In this document: in pieces, positions 36,901-49,850 of the stretch
How the letters are laid out: every line of letters begins with the position of its first letter
Position numbering within the stretch: position 1 is the stretch's first letter
Source: Catajapyx aquilonaris
Taxonomy: Eukaryota
Length of the DNA stretch: 64,000 nt
Direction: 5' to 3'
Assembly (NCBI GenBank): GCA_000934665.2
Contig: KZ538370.1
Coordinates: forward strand, 1 to 64,000
Translations under genes and position numbers: made by a program
The notes under the pieces: model-generated
What the model was told of the DNA's origin: nothing
The model's database searches: none
Seen by the model: only the letters and a program-made list of their open reading frames with translations

Positions 36901-39900
36901 CGGAAGACACCTATAGAAAATTGGGTGAGGCCCAACCCAACATCTCATTTGAGGCCACGTTCCTAGGTTTTATTTAGCAAGAGTACATAGGATGCTCACC
37001 AGCGAGGTTAAGATGTACCGGGCTGAATCTCCCATCATGCCGACTTGCTGCGCTTGTCTGAAGATCTCCACAATGTTTTCGGTGGCACAGTCTAGGACTA
37101 TGCGGAATTCTAGCTTTATCTTGAGCTCCTTCAGTAGTCTCCTGCAGGAGAAACAGTTTTTTCAGTCATATCCCAGATATACTTGGGCGAGGGATGCCAA
37201 GCGCCGAAGGCGCGCGAAGGAGGCGAAGCCCGGGGGGTGCTGGGGGGCGAAGCCCCATCGCCGAGTGTAGCGAGTCCCATGGTACAGTATACTGTACCGT
37301 GGGACTCGCTACGCTCGGCGATGGGGCTTCGCCCCCCCAGCACTTGGTAGCTATACTAACAAGTATATACTTAAGTATATGAAGTATACTATTATATGAC
37401 GTATACGAAGTATACTAGTAAGGTATATGAAGAATATGAAGTATACGAAGTATACTAGTATGTGAAGTATACGAAGTATACTAGTATACGAATGCAACCG
37501 GCGGATACAGCCCTATCTTCAGCGGATACACAAACATATGGGCCGGTTGCGGGGACCACTTGGGGTTTGCCTATATGCAGGCGGGTGCCCTGGAAATTTT
37601 GACATGTGATTCACTTGTGTAAAATAAATGTTTCTAACAGGTAAGTTGGTGTAACGCACCATAACGATGCAAAGAGTGCGTGAAGAGACCTTCAGAATAT
37701 ATACGCAATTAGGCTACACCGCGGGCCTTTGAAGTGTTTTTTAGATTGGGCCATTACGCTCTAAAAGGAGCAGAGGAGCCATTAACTTACAGGCTGGAAT
37801 TTTTTCATCTTTTTTTTTTAAAAAAAAAGCTTAATGAGGATCCTCATCTTTCGAGGACCTCCGCTCCAATTCCTCCAATACGGCTTCATCTATTGTAAGG
37901 CAGAAGGCAGCTTTTTGGGGGACCCTCTTCTTTTTTTTCTCAGTCTTTTCCAAGTGCCATTGGGATTTTTCCTCACTTTGGGTAATGGCCAGAACATGGG
38001 CTTTGAACCGTTGAATGGAATTTTTTTTCACTTCTTCTCAGGCGCTTGTTGTACAATTAGTTTTCGAGTTTTATATGGGGGACCTGCATAGTCCCCGTGA
38101 CAGCTGGCGCCATCGTTTTATTGCGTGTTTCGAATTTTATGAACATCTTGGCGGTTAGTGCCGTTGGGATGTAAAGTAGCCGCTACTTTGAATAACGTTC
38201 GTATCCGGAGCTGTTTTTAGCATAGCTTATCCATAATTTGTGCTCAGAAAATGGCAATGAAGATAACATTCACTTTCTTAACTCACAGAGGCAGTAAAGG
38301 ATAAGTAATTTACGTTGCATACCATAACAACAACCCTATTTTTGCCTTGTTATGAACAATTGTTGCTGACTCATTTTGGCATCATTTTGGTCACATGATG
38401 CACTTCTTGTAACTTCAGGTAAGACTTCTAAGAAATTTCAGTCTGTTCTTGTTAAGAGTTTGCAATCTCATGTTATGAAGCATTTCCTGTGCAAGCTTGA
38501 TGTCCTCGCCTTTAGAGTTTGGCCTTCAGATGTGAATAAGCCGACTGAGGTTGGCCGCCATTCAGCATTCCCTTTTGGCGCATCCCAAACACCTCTTGTG
38601 GGTTTATTTTGGGACTTTCAGCCTACTTCGACCGAGTCCTGTTTCTCCCCCACACATGCTGCTAAAGCCACTTGTGTTGTGACAACACATTTCGATCACG
38701 TGAAAAAGCCATGTCCCAGTCACGATCCAAATATTTTCTATGGACTCTGCAACTAATTCTATATCATCCAGGTATACCTGTAGTCCTTGTTTTGTGGAAG
38801 CTGACGGACAGTGATTTTGGAGCCAAAGTCTGTCGAGCTTGGAGCCTTAAGAAGCTCCTGGAGTCTCACAAGACCATCGTTGTCTTCATACAGGACAGTG
38901 AAGGTCTTCCACTTGTAAGCTCTCACCAGGTCCACATACGCCTGTAACAATAATAGTAAATAGTTGCACCATTACAATAAATATAGCCATTTAAAACCGA
39001 TTGTACTCCGTAATGTTTACAACTTTTTGAACTGCTATCAACATCCTGATTTTCCCAATGACAAACAGGAAGTGAACCCCCTGATTGGACACTTCCCATA
39101 GGCTAGATAAATCGGATCCTCTTTTCCTGCATGGCACGTTCAATATGTCCCCCTCATAATCAGACGACCTCCCCTAAAGTTGAACCATCTCCAAGAAAAC
39201 CTCCCCCCATTCCTTCATAGACAGTCGCCTCTAAAAGTGTCAGTCTTGGCGCACTTAAATGGGCTAGGACAAGTGTGGTATAACCCTTCTCATGGATGAT
39301 GTGCCGACGGCATCAAATGGACCGGGAGCAAGCGACAAAAGGAATGATGGAGCCTAATACCCACCAGCAAAATGGTACTATAGTACCTGCCTCCCTTTTC
39401 CTGTGGACCCGGACTTTATGTGCGGAAATTGCGTGCGTTTTATGACAGAGTCAATAGGGAAAGAATGTGGCAATTTTGAGGGAGTCATGTTGGACCGCAG
39501 ACTCCAAAAATGTGGAGAGGAAAGTGGAGCCAAGAAGAGGGTTTTAGGATGGAAGAGAGGTTGTTCACATAAGTGTTTACATATAGCGAAATGTACAGTA
39601 CAGTACACGCTCACAACATATTAAAATCCTTCGTTGTATGGGCAGTATGGCCCACTGCTCCTGCGCAATGCAGCGCCTCTGGTGGATGGCAGATGGAACT
39701 AGCCTTCTATCTGTTCCATCTCCCATCCACAAGAGGCGCTGCATTGCGCAGGAGCAGTGGGCCATACAACGAAGGATTTTAATACTTTAAATGACTTTAT
39801 ACCTCTTGAGTACTGCAGGAGGAAAATCCGGGCATAATCTGATCCTTTCTTATCCTTAACTGTAAGCACTGCTCGTAAATCAGTCCTAAACTGTTGCTAT

Positions 39901-42900
39901 TGTTTAGAATAAGCCCTGCTGTGATTGTTTTAAATGCGAGCTCACTGAACCCTGATTAGTCTGCTAACTCAAACATTTTCTGCCGCACACTGATGTTTGT
40001 TTACGTAAAGTGAAATAAATGCCAGCATCCATTCCTTCCTTCTCACATAAATTTCAACAGTTTATTGTACAGTACAGTGCACACTTTGTACTCGCCATTA
40101 TTTTTCTACAGTCGTGTACCACACAACACACTAAACTATGACAATATTTTTATAAACTATTATCCAATAAATTATTTAGTTAGTAAAATGACGCTCCTAC
40201 TTATCAACTCCAGCTCCATCTATGATAGAACCTGAATGGAGCGAATGTTGACAATTCCCTGAGGCCTTCCGATTGAATTAGCTGGCTGGGGGTTCTATTG
40301 AGGGAATAAAACCGTGTTTTATGGATCAGCGCGCAAATCACTGAAAGGTTTCGACATCTCCACTTTTTTTGAGGTGGTCGAAAAGTTAGGGTTCTCCTAA
40401 AACGCTCTTAGGAAACAAGCACTAAGTTTCTCCTCTCGCCTGCTGAGGAAGTTATATAAAAAAATTAATTTAACGCAGATATATCTTTAAGTAGTAGAGC
40501 TGCACGGAGGTAGATATGGAGACTATGAGGTGGTAGCTGCCGAGGATCCAAGTGACATATGACAGGCTGCCAGGGGACAGATAGAGCAATTTCGCACTCA
40601 ATTTGTTCCCGGATTGTGTGATAAGACGACTCCTGCGAGAGCTTTTGCTTGCTTGACTCCTTCCTCTTGCCTAGCTGACGTTGCGGAGAAAATAGGATTT
40701 TGGCTATCAATTACACGCTCGCTTCCGGTGCTGGATCCGCCCCAGTGTAATCACACAGACGCAGTATACGCTCAAAATGCTATAAGCCACCATGAAATAT
40801 CGTCTTTCACATTATTATTATTATTATTATTATTCACCCATGAATATCGATATATTGATACCTAACAAGGCGTATAAAGAATAATGGCGCTTTGATGCGA
40901 CAACGTTATTATTATGCAAGCTTCAAGTGCTAAAATCAGCATGTTATCCACAAAGGATGTTTACATCCTGCTCTATTCATTTTGAAGGATAGTTCAGCAT
41001 GATTATGACTTTTTATAGAACAAGGAATCATTTTTAGCGTATCATTTGAATTAGGGCTGTTAAAAGTATGATTGTGCAATATACAGTCTTTTAAAGGATA
41101 GAATAGTCTGATGTCACCTTCATCCCGCGCATGCTCAGAAAACACGGCTGCTGCGACGTCAAACCATTCTTTCGTTTAAAGGGACTCTCCACTCAAAAAA
41201 CAAGTTTGTCTCTAAAAATCGGGCAAAAAATCCTGAATCCGAAGGTGCAATTCGTTTTTCTCTACGCGGAACGGTAACCCCAGGGCGAGGTGTCAAAGTG
41301 GGTCGTCTGCTAATGAGCAGCGCCGCCACGCGGGGAACAGGGGAACTGGAGGGCTGCACCGCTCTGGGATGGGCCTCAGCGTGCGGGCAGGCGGGAGCAG
41401 CCCTCCAGTTCCCAAGGTCCTGGGGGCGTCGCTGGCGGACGGCCAGCTTCTATAGCGCACTATTTGAATTTCACCATTTTGACCCCTCGCCCTAGGATTA
41501 CCGTTCCGGGTAGCGAAAAACGGATTGCACCTTCGGATTCATGATTTTTTGCCCGGTTTTTAGAGCCAAACTTGTTTTTTGAGTGGAATGTCCCTTTAAA
41601 GGACTGTACCGGAAAAGTATCTTTTGAAGTATCAAATCATCTGCCTGAATACGCTCCTTGAGAAATCCTTCTTAAACCAGGTTTAAAACCGGATCGTTAA
41701 GTTTGGAGGGCGGTCTTGGCTGACATGTTCACGAGCGTCGAAGTTGTGGAAAGGGGGGGCTTATGGAGTATATAGGTAGAAAGAGCCATAGGAGTAGAGA
41801 GGAGGGAATGAAAAGAGTGGAAGAATAATGGACAAAGTTTTCCGGACGATGTCACACCAGAGCCATCTCGGTGCTGGTTTAGTTGCCAAATTTGGTAGGA
41901 TGGTACGCCCTTTTTTCCCTGTGTGTGTGTACAGTGTAATGTATTTGCAAGCATTTTCGCATCCGTTCATTTGGCCTGGGACCAACTGTTCTAAAAACCC
42001 TAGCAGAAAACGAAGATTGGGGAAGCTGGTGGGAATCGCAGTTTGGTGGAAACTAGAAACACCCCCCCCCCCCCNATCCTGGAAACCTAATGGAACCCAG
42101 GGGAGGTTTTTTCATTTCGGATTGAGTGGGCATGCTCATGTCCACGATGGGATCTGAGCCTAGCATCCGGACAATACGGGGGCTTTCAGACTTGTCCGGA
42201 ATAATTGTTCATTAAGCCAGATAGAAAGGGCGTTGTTGGGATTCAGCACGAACACTGGCTTGGTGTCAAGAAGTGCTTTTTGTGCAATGAGAACTGGTAT
42301 AATATAGGATGTTCCCATAAGGGTCATACACCGTTTGAGAAGTCCTATACCAATCATGAAAGGGCAATCCCTACCCCCGAAAAAAAACCCAGTTCTATAT
42401 TCAAATAATTAAAGCTCAAAATGTTACTAGATCCTTTGATGCTGGGTAACGAGAACACCTTCCAGCCAATTTACTTTCCGGACGAATAAATAATGTACAA
42501 AGTTTCTAGCAAAAGGTTAATTGGCTACCCTTATCTTCTCGGAAAACGCAACAGAGTAATTCCCCTTTTGGCAAATTATCCCATGGGTTTTCGAGTAAAG
42601 ACCTCACGCTGCGCAGTTATCAGCTCGAAGCATTATTTGTGAAAATGAGTCAAGCATTACTAATCGATGCCGTCAGCTGTTTAGAAAGAGAAAGTTTAAG
42701 CAACATTACTAATGTGGATAAAGAATAGCGTTTATGAGTCGCTGCTATTTGTAACAGCGATTTTTTTAAAAATAATGCGGCTTAAATATCAAGTGGTCCA
42801 ATTTTCAAAATCTAGCCTCCCAGATAGGTTACAGTGTTGAATTACACGCTCTCTGCCGATTGGTAGACCCCAGAAGGCGGCAGCTGGAGCCAGACCAGGC

Positions 42901-45900
42901 AGCGATTCTAATTAGTGTCCTTCCACTCTGTAATCCCGTCCATAAAAGCGAGGAGAATATTGGCAGGAGAGAAGTGCCAGAGTTTGCAGATCATTTGACC
43001 CCCCCCCCCGCTAGTGATGACCCACTCCTATCTATGCTCGTTATTTTTTGGGGTTACTTTTTTGATTACTCCGGGAGATTGATGAAAACGAGCTGCTATC
43101 CGCTAGCAGCTGCTGCTTGACCCAATATTGCCAATAGAGAAATGGTGGATAGTGACGCAGAAAAATATTTTGTTCGTTGAAAGTTCCCATCCACCAGAGG
43201 CGCCCCGTTGCGCAGGCGCAGAACGCGAGCCAATCAAAAGCCTTGGTCGTATACAACGAATGATTTTAATATTATAGATCAGCGGTTCCCAAACTGTGCT
43301 CCGCGGTGGATCTCCAAGTGCTCCGCGAAAAGATTGGGAAATAAAATATGTAAAATTAATGTGACAAGATCTCAAAATTTTTAATTTGTGTGGCCATGAA
43401 CTCTAAATTGGATATAAAACTGCCCCCCCCCCCCCCACGAAATGTTTGAAATAGCATGAGAAATTACTAATATATTCATGATTTTTGGGGGGAAAAGTGC
43501 TACCAATTTAATCAAATCTCCTACATTCACCTAAGCTCGTGTGACCTTGTACCCACGAATTTCTCTCCTGAAAAGTGTTCCGCGATTCGAAAAGTTTGGG
43601 AACTGCTGTTATAGATAGTTGAAGTAATATCTACCGACACAATAAATAAAAATATTTTTCACTTTTATTAGTTAATATAGCCAACTACTCCAGTTTAACG
43701 ACATATATATTGGGAATAAGAATTTGTACTTAAACTCCAATCAATTTCGTGTAAAAATTAACCGGTACGTTCCTTTAATCGGGGGTGTTCCGGTCATTAA
43801 AATTCGCCTAGCTGATGAATAATACAAGTGCCAATATGGAGCTCATATTATGTATGCAGGGGGCCCCATTTAAGCGCATTCTGTCATGCATAATGATCGA
43901 GGCGAATATTGGGGAATGGCTTCACATTATTGTACATAAACTTTAATTGACTTTTGTTCTCACCTCCCTTTTTTTTAAAAAAATCCCTTTTTGTGTCTAT
44001 AGGGGGTCCAAAATTTAACAGACAACTAGATCCCCTCATGGTTAACGTCGCTTTTAAAATGTAAACCTCACTAATGAGCTGATTCCTTGTTGATAGTTTG
44101 GTCTCTTTTCATTTTCAAAGTCATGACAATGAGGCAGTATATTTATTAACACCTGCACGTAGCTCTGTATTGTTTAACGATGGAAAGTCGTAATGAACTG
44201 CTGTAATGTTTTGGGAGGGGAGGGTGGCCCTTTCACAGGGTTTTCACTAAATAATGTGCATTGATGGTGATGAATGTGCTGCACAGGGCTTTGTGGCAGG
44301 AAGAATGTGTAACGCGATTGGATTTCGGTGTCAGTCACTTTTTTGGGGGGGGATGGCCTAGTAGCTGTGTCGATAAGCTGGCTAATTCTCACTAAACTGC
44401 TGGTTTCAAAAACCGCGATGATTTTTTTAAACCGCACATTTTCAAAAATTATTATATGACGTCACAACAGTAATTGCGTACCTATTTCAAATATGAAACA
44501 AGCTGTTACTTCTTATACAAAATTAGGACACACTTAGCTACAAACGCTAGGTGAAACTAATGTTTTAAACAGAATTTAAATTATTCGCATTTCACAGCCA
44601 TATTGGAATTGGCTAGATTTATTAGTGTCAAATTAGTGTCAATATTAGATCAGTTCGCATTTTTAAATGCCACCGTATGACGTCGCAGTAAAGTGTCGAT
44701 AAACCCTGTCACATTGAAAACCAATGTCATATTCAGGAATGTTAGTACCAAATCACGCGACCATAAAACCGCAATTATTTTTTAAAAACTTGATTGAAAT
44801 CTACCTTTCAAATATCGCACATTATTGTGACACTGGTGTCCTGGCAAATAAAGCCGACATAGAGGCAAATGAAGTGTTGACTTTTTACCTTGCTGAGGAT
44901 GGATGGATGCGGGTAGAGGTTGATGAGGTATTTGTCCGAGCCTGTGCGTTGCCGGAAGTCCCATCGGGTCTCGATGTGCGGAACAGCCATGGCGTCGCAG
45001 ATGGACTGCACGTGGCTGGCAGTAGGGCTGGATTGGGGACCAAAAATGGCCGCCACACCAGACTTCAGGAGATGGCACACTGATGGAGGACAGAAGAAAA
45101 AAAAAAACCAGCTTTATTTAACCGAACCATTGTTGCAGGAGACATGAAATTTTTGTAGAAATGAAACACATTATTCTGATATTGTAATCCTATTCTTTCC
45201 CTTTTGTATAGAACATGAAATGTATAATTAGAACAAAATGAATTCAGAGAGATTTTAGGCCACCTCCGGATTTTCTAGTAAGAATAACCCTCCCATCCTG
45301 TTTCCCTTTTCTTTTTTCTTTGAATATGGAACATGGGGCTCTGAATTCTAAAGCATGCCAAATGGGAAAGGTTATATGCTCGCAGGCTCCCCGAAATTTC
45401 TTCCTGCTGGTGAAGCTTTCATTCTCCGGCTGTATCCGCACATTTTTTGAATGCACCCACCCTATACCACCCATCTAGAAGAGAAAAAAAAAATCTGCAT
45501 AGCAAGAGCCTGGTTCCAAAATTCAGGGAAATCCTCTAGCAGCCCAAGAATTTTCATTATATGTTAATTCGTCAATATTATTCCGGCTGATTTTTCTACT
45601 CCATTTCCATGGATCAAAGTTAGCTGACATTACACATATCTTCGATCCATTTTTTTTGTTGGAGACCCTGGCAAATTAATTACTAGTGAGCTGTGCCCCA
45701 CCAACCAGTTTTAATTTCTTTACGAGGATTACACCACGGTGAAATCACGCAAACTTTTCCTCCCGTGATGAAAGAAGGGGAAGCCCGGGGAAGCCCCATT
45801 ACGTAAAGCCCACTCCGGGAAAATGCTACTTTTTTTTAACACCATCCCACACATCTATATACCTAGTATACATACTATGGTTGATTAGATTTGGCCTCTC

Positions 45901-48900
45901 TGGGCAACAACACCAGCGAATTGCGGAGAATAATGTTCCATTAATTATGTACTAGCAATGGAGTTTCCGGTGGGCTTTCTCCATAGGGCAAAGTTACTAT
46001 GAAACTGCAGAACGGGACCGGAATAACGCAAAGGTGAAACGCTCATGAATTACTTGATGCTGGAAGGAGTTTTATGGGCGGGAAAGTTGTGTCGCGGTTA
46101 ATTCTTGTGGTATCACTGGTATGAGGAAAGTATGAGCGAGTGTGAGCAATGTTATGAAGACGACACAAGTCCTTAAAGGGACACTCCACTCAAAATACAA
46201 GTTGATCTGTAAAAATCAGGCAAAAAATCCTGATTCCGGTGATACCATCCGTTTATCTCTGAGACGAACGGTAATGTCAGGGGAAGAGACGAAAGTCGGA
46301 AAAAATTCGAGGTCTGTTCGAGAGTGGCGCCGCCTGGCCACCTGTCCAAGTTAGGCGACGTTGGATAGTAGCGCCGCCATTCCCAACGGCGTCTTGGATA
46401 AGTTGCCTGCGGGTATGGGGATCCGTGGGGATCTGGTTGTCTGGCGCTCTATCCAACGTCGCCTAACTTGGCCAGGTGGCCAGGCGGCGCCACTCTCGAA
46501 CATACCTCGAATTTTTTCCGACTTTTGTCTCTTCCCCTGACATTACCGTTCGTCTCAGAGATAAACGGATGGTATCACCGGAATCAGGATTTTTTGCCTG
46601 ATTTTTACAGATCAACTTGTATTTTGAGTGGAGTGTCCCTTTAAAATAAACCTGGTTTTTTTGTATTATATTGTGACGCCCCCGGGTCCGCTGGACTACC
46701 AAGAAAACACCTGGGTTCCATGGACCTATGCAGGTCACCACCTTAGTACAGACTCTGGTTACCAACTGACTCTCCCCTGGCCAAAGCGAGGGAAGCAGTG
46801 CGCATGCCCCGCCCGCATCACATGACCAGAAGTGGCCGGGCTCTCACACTATGTACCCGATTCTTTAATTACAAGCTACAGATACATGTTTATGAACCCG
46901 ATAATTTTAATAACACGAAGTTAGCTTGTACTAATTGTTTATATTTTGAATACCAGAGGCCATGCTCATTAAAAGCACTATAAACAGCCACAATAGGCTT
47001 GTGGCCTAAAATGTTAACATGTAAAAAAACCGCTCTTTGTTGGAAACCAGTTCTATCCTATAAATGAAGCTATCACAGCTCAATTCACATCACAGAATGC
47101 GTAGAAAAACAGTGTGGGCTGTTGTTTTGCATGCGTACAGTACTTACGGTTTTTTAAGAGTCACCAGGTACTACTGTAGAAGAGGCCTGAGTACAGCGTG
47201 TTTCAGTTGCCCATTGTTGACAGCATATCCAAAATATTGTTCAGACTCCTGTGAAACCTGACTTTAGCTTTATACTGTGACGTCCAGATTTACTCTCTCC
47301 AAAAAATTGCTCCTCTACATTCCCCCAACAAAGCCTCGCAACATACCCCTTCTCAGTATAAAAATGGTTGCGATAAACCAAGTCTCCTGAATAGACGCAA
47401 TACCTTATCTCCAGAAAGGCAAGGCTTGAAGTTGTTGTGAGGCCTGAGGGAGCCACCACCTTCTCTTTCTCTCTTCTCTCTATATCCCATCTTTGCCATA
47501 CCCGTCCCGTCCTACGTGTGCGATAAATTCCCAACTCCAAATATCAATAAAGCCGCAGGGAATTAAGGCAAAAGTGACCCGAAGAAATCATGCTTCCAAA
47601 CTTTTGGCCCGAGAATATTGGCTCTGGCTCGAAATCGGATCGTTTCTGCCGTCGGGGTCTAGCGTCTCGTAAAAGGAAAAACTTGGCTCTTTCTACGGGA
47701 TTATCCGAGAGGATATATGCCCACCCCGCTTATTCTGCTTTTCTTTTTTTATTATTCGGCAGATTTCGACTTCTTAATGGCGCGCCAATATTGGGTTTTG
47801 CAATAACTGTGAAGATCCAGGGTAACAATCTGAGTCAACCAATAGCAGGTGTCAATTCTCGGCTGGAGCCAATGGGCTATGTGGCTGACAGGGTTGCCAT
47901 TTAGGGGGTGTTCAAGCTGAAATGTTGTCGCTAAACTAGAGTAAGAGCATAATATTTTTTTAATTTTTTTAATTTTTTTTGAAAGAGTTGTGATGGACAT
48001 TTGCAAGGATTTTACATATTTCCTGCCACTTCAGGTTTCTCCTTTCCACCCTCTACATCCGGTCATGACCCCGCCTTCTTCCAAACTGGACCCCAACTGG
48101 ACCCCTGGAGCGAGGGGCTTGATAAATACGATGATTCAACTCTGGACTTCTGATTCCAGTGGTTCCAAGTAGAATCGTTCAAACTAAGTTAAATGGAATT
48201 ATCAATATTTTTTTGACTTAGGTAGAGTTTTTGTCGAACAAGCAAATGTATAAAACTTGAAAACAATTTTCGTAGATGACATGCTTCGAGTGCCCTGCAT
48301 GTGCGGGCCATTCTTTCCTGTTCCAATTTTGGGGTGTAGGCAATGTGAGTATGTCGTCTGAGAGAAGTGGAGGATCTGACTAGTCATGGTCATGTGGAGT
48401 AGAAAAGGACTTCTTCGTGCACTGTATAGAAACAGCACAGGCGGCAAATGAAGGTAAGATCTTCCCATTCCTCCATTCCTTTTTTTTTCTCTCTCTTTCT
48501 ACTTTTTTGGAGGAACCCGTGGAGCAATATCGAATTCGGAGACTGTCTGGAAAGAATTGGTTGGAGGCAGTAAAAGAAGCCGTCCTAAGGTACGACTACA
48601 GTTTCTTCACAAGCACTAGAGGTTTGAGGTAGTAGTCAGGAAGAAAGGAGAGTGTAGCTGATGGGAGGCCCCCGCTTTCCCATAAGCGAAATTACTTTTA
48701 TGCGGTCATATTACGGGGACGGAGGGAAGGTATTTCATTCAGATGAGACGGTGCAAAATGTATGCATATTATTTTTGCGACGGTGTTTTGTCCGTTGTCG
48801 TAAGGATTAATGATGCAAAAAATTCGACTATTCTGGAGAGCTTTTATGCGAGCTGTGGGATCGACCAGATTTCACTTTTTATTACCTTATAGTATAAGGT

Positions 48901-49850
48901 ATTACCTTATAGTATAAGGTATTACCTTATACTATAAGGTAATAAAAAGTGAAATCCTGTCGATCTTATAGGTATAGGTATAGGTATAGGTGTAGGTATA
49001 GGTATAGGTATAGGTATAGATGTAGGTATAGGTATAGGTATAGGTATAGGTATAGCTGTTTTATTATTTGTAATTTTTATTATTCAAACGAAAACGTTGT
49101 ATGTTTTCATGTATTACTGTACAGTGCCCATTCCACACCATAGTGAGCATCTTATTTGAATTCCACATCCATATACAGCTTGTCCCACGTATTAAATTAC
49201 TTCGGGGCCGTGGGACATTATATTGGCACAACACCACTGTTACGTAATCTTGCAAATTTGCTACTGTGCTGAAAAAAATAGCACCATATAACGTATTGTT
49301 CGGACCATCTGCTTCCACCGAGCAGACATCAGCAGACTACTATAGCCGAGACACTGGAAGACAATAATAGCAGGACCCCTGGATTTATTGAGCTCTGCAC
49401 GTGGGCAGTGTGTCTTATACAATGGTAAAAGATGGTGGGACAGCGACTCGGCTGGGTCCTTTTGTGAGCCTCTTACTGATGGTGGTCACTCTGATTTAAA
49501 ATAATGGACCTGACAGCCTGGTCATTTCGTTTGGTCCGAGGGTTGGAAATATAGCCTAGATTTTCAGGAGTGAAACACGGGAGCTCATTTCCATAAAATG
49601 AAGCCCATCTATTCTTACCCCATGCAGAGTGAACTTTGGAGAAATGAAAAGATCGATCTATTTTTTGTAGGTTTTTAATAAGAGAACCCCTCACCTCTTT
49701 TGGAAGCGTGGAAGCTGTCCTGGGGGGCAATGGGCTCCACTTGGGCCGAGAGTCGAGACCTGGTGAGAATGGTACGGTCTCCGTTGATTCGGTTGATGGC
49801 ATACTTGAAAGCCACCTCTTGGATGGTATCGCTGGTGTCGAACAGTCCTC
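30915..49850 (-). CDS. KaiR1D: Conserved kainate receptor subunit (gene E), KaiR1D/CG3822-like; 5'-partial (signal-peptide exon not located)
   Basis: Exons: 49695-49850 ([52 protein letters not shown]), 44889-45079 ([29 protein letters not shown]), 38778-38941, 37000-37141, 36668-36835, 35598-35633, 35368-35520, 35092-35310, 34822-35028, 34675-34759 ([15 protein letters not shown]), 34476-34614, [34165-34299 or 33209-33346], 32504-32702 ([24 protein letters not shown]), 32218-32449, 32047-32162, 31826-31981, 30915-31058. The ATD resembles insect KaiR1D as I recall it; orthology is not tested. Confidence 0.9.
33209..33346 (-). CDS. Gene E alternative pore-loop exon 'b' ([46 protein letters not shown])
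   Basis: 138 nt, phase 2-2, acceptor tctgtttccag, donor AA|gtaagg, canonical MQQG filter. Confidence 0.92.
33779..33852. mobile_element. 74-bp interspersed element, copy 2, with a ~30-bp flanking duplication
   Basis: atactgctgtcgccacaaccagtcagta on the left and atactgctgtcgccaaccagtcagta on the right. Confidence 0.85.
34165..34299 (-). CDS. Gene E alternative pore-loop exon 'a' ([45 protein letters not shown])
   Basis: 135 nt, phase 2-2, acceptor ttttgttccag, donor AA|gtaagg, open frame. Confidence 0.88.
37237..37343. repeat. GC-rich ~105-bp palindrome followed by gaagtatac(tagta) tandem repeats to ~37490
   Basis: gtgctggggggcgaagccccatcgccgagtgtagcgagtcccatggtacagta|tactgtaccgtgggactcgctacgctcggcgatggggcttcgcccccccagcac. 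Confidence 0.8.
39619..39784. mobile_element. Hairpin MITE
   Basis: tattaaaatccttcgttgtatgg...cccactgctcctgcgcaatgcagcgcctct and its reverse complement. A related half-copy lies at ~43196-43271. Confidence 0.75.
41180..41595. mobile_element. TTAA-flanked palindromic MITE (Kolobok/T2-like)
   Basis: TTAA|AGGGACTCTCCACTCAAAAAACAAG ... CTTGTTTTTTGAGTGGAATGTCCCT|TTAA with long inverted arms. TTAA TSD plus AG..CT ends fit Kolobok. Confidence 0.85.
43280..43608. mobile_element. hAT-type MITE
   Basis: TIRs CAGCGGTTCCCAAACT / AGTTTGGGAACTGCTG and a perfect 8-bp TSD TTATAGAT on both sides. Confidence 0.9.
46177..46640. mobile_element. TTAA-flanked palindromic MITE (Kolobok/T2-like), related to 41180-41595
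   Basis: TTAA|AGGGACACTCCACTCAAAATACAAG ... CTTGTATTTTGAGTGGAGTGTCCCT|TTAA, with ~190-bp near-perfect arms. Confidence 0.88.
48859..49054. repeat. Palindromic tandem repeat (attaccttatagtataaggt x3) inside an inverted repeat, followed by a (TATAGG)n microsatellite
   Basis: Directly visible. It explains the spurious RYRYRY ORF. Confidence 0.85.

Noticed and set aside
37500..38760. Coding-like fragments in a gene E intron (similar patches at 54-780, 42160-42400, 47250-47540)
   Set aside because: Interrupted by stops with no identifiable motif; probably transposon remnants, but not classifiable by eye.
46142..46765. Near-identical peptides on opposite strands ([15 protein letters not shown]...)
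   Set aside because: These are the two arms of the palindromic MITE, not genes.
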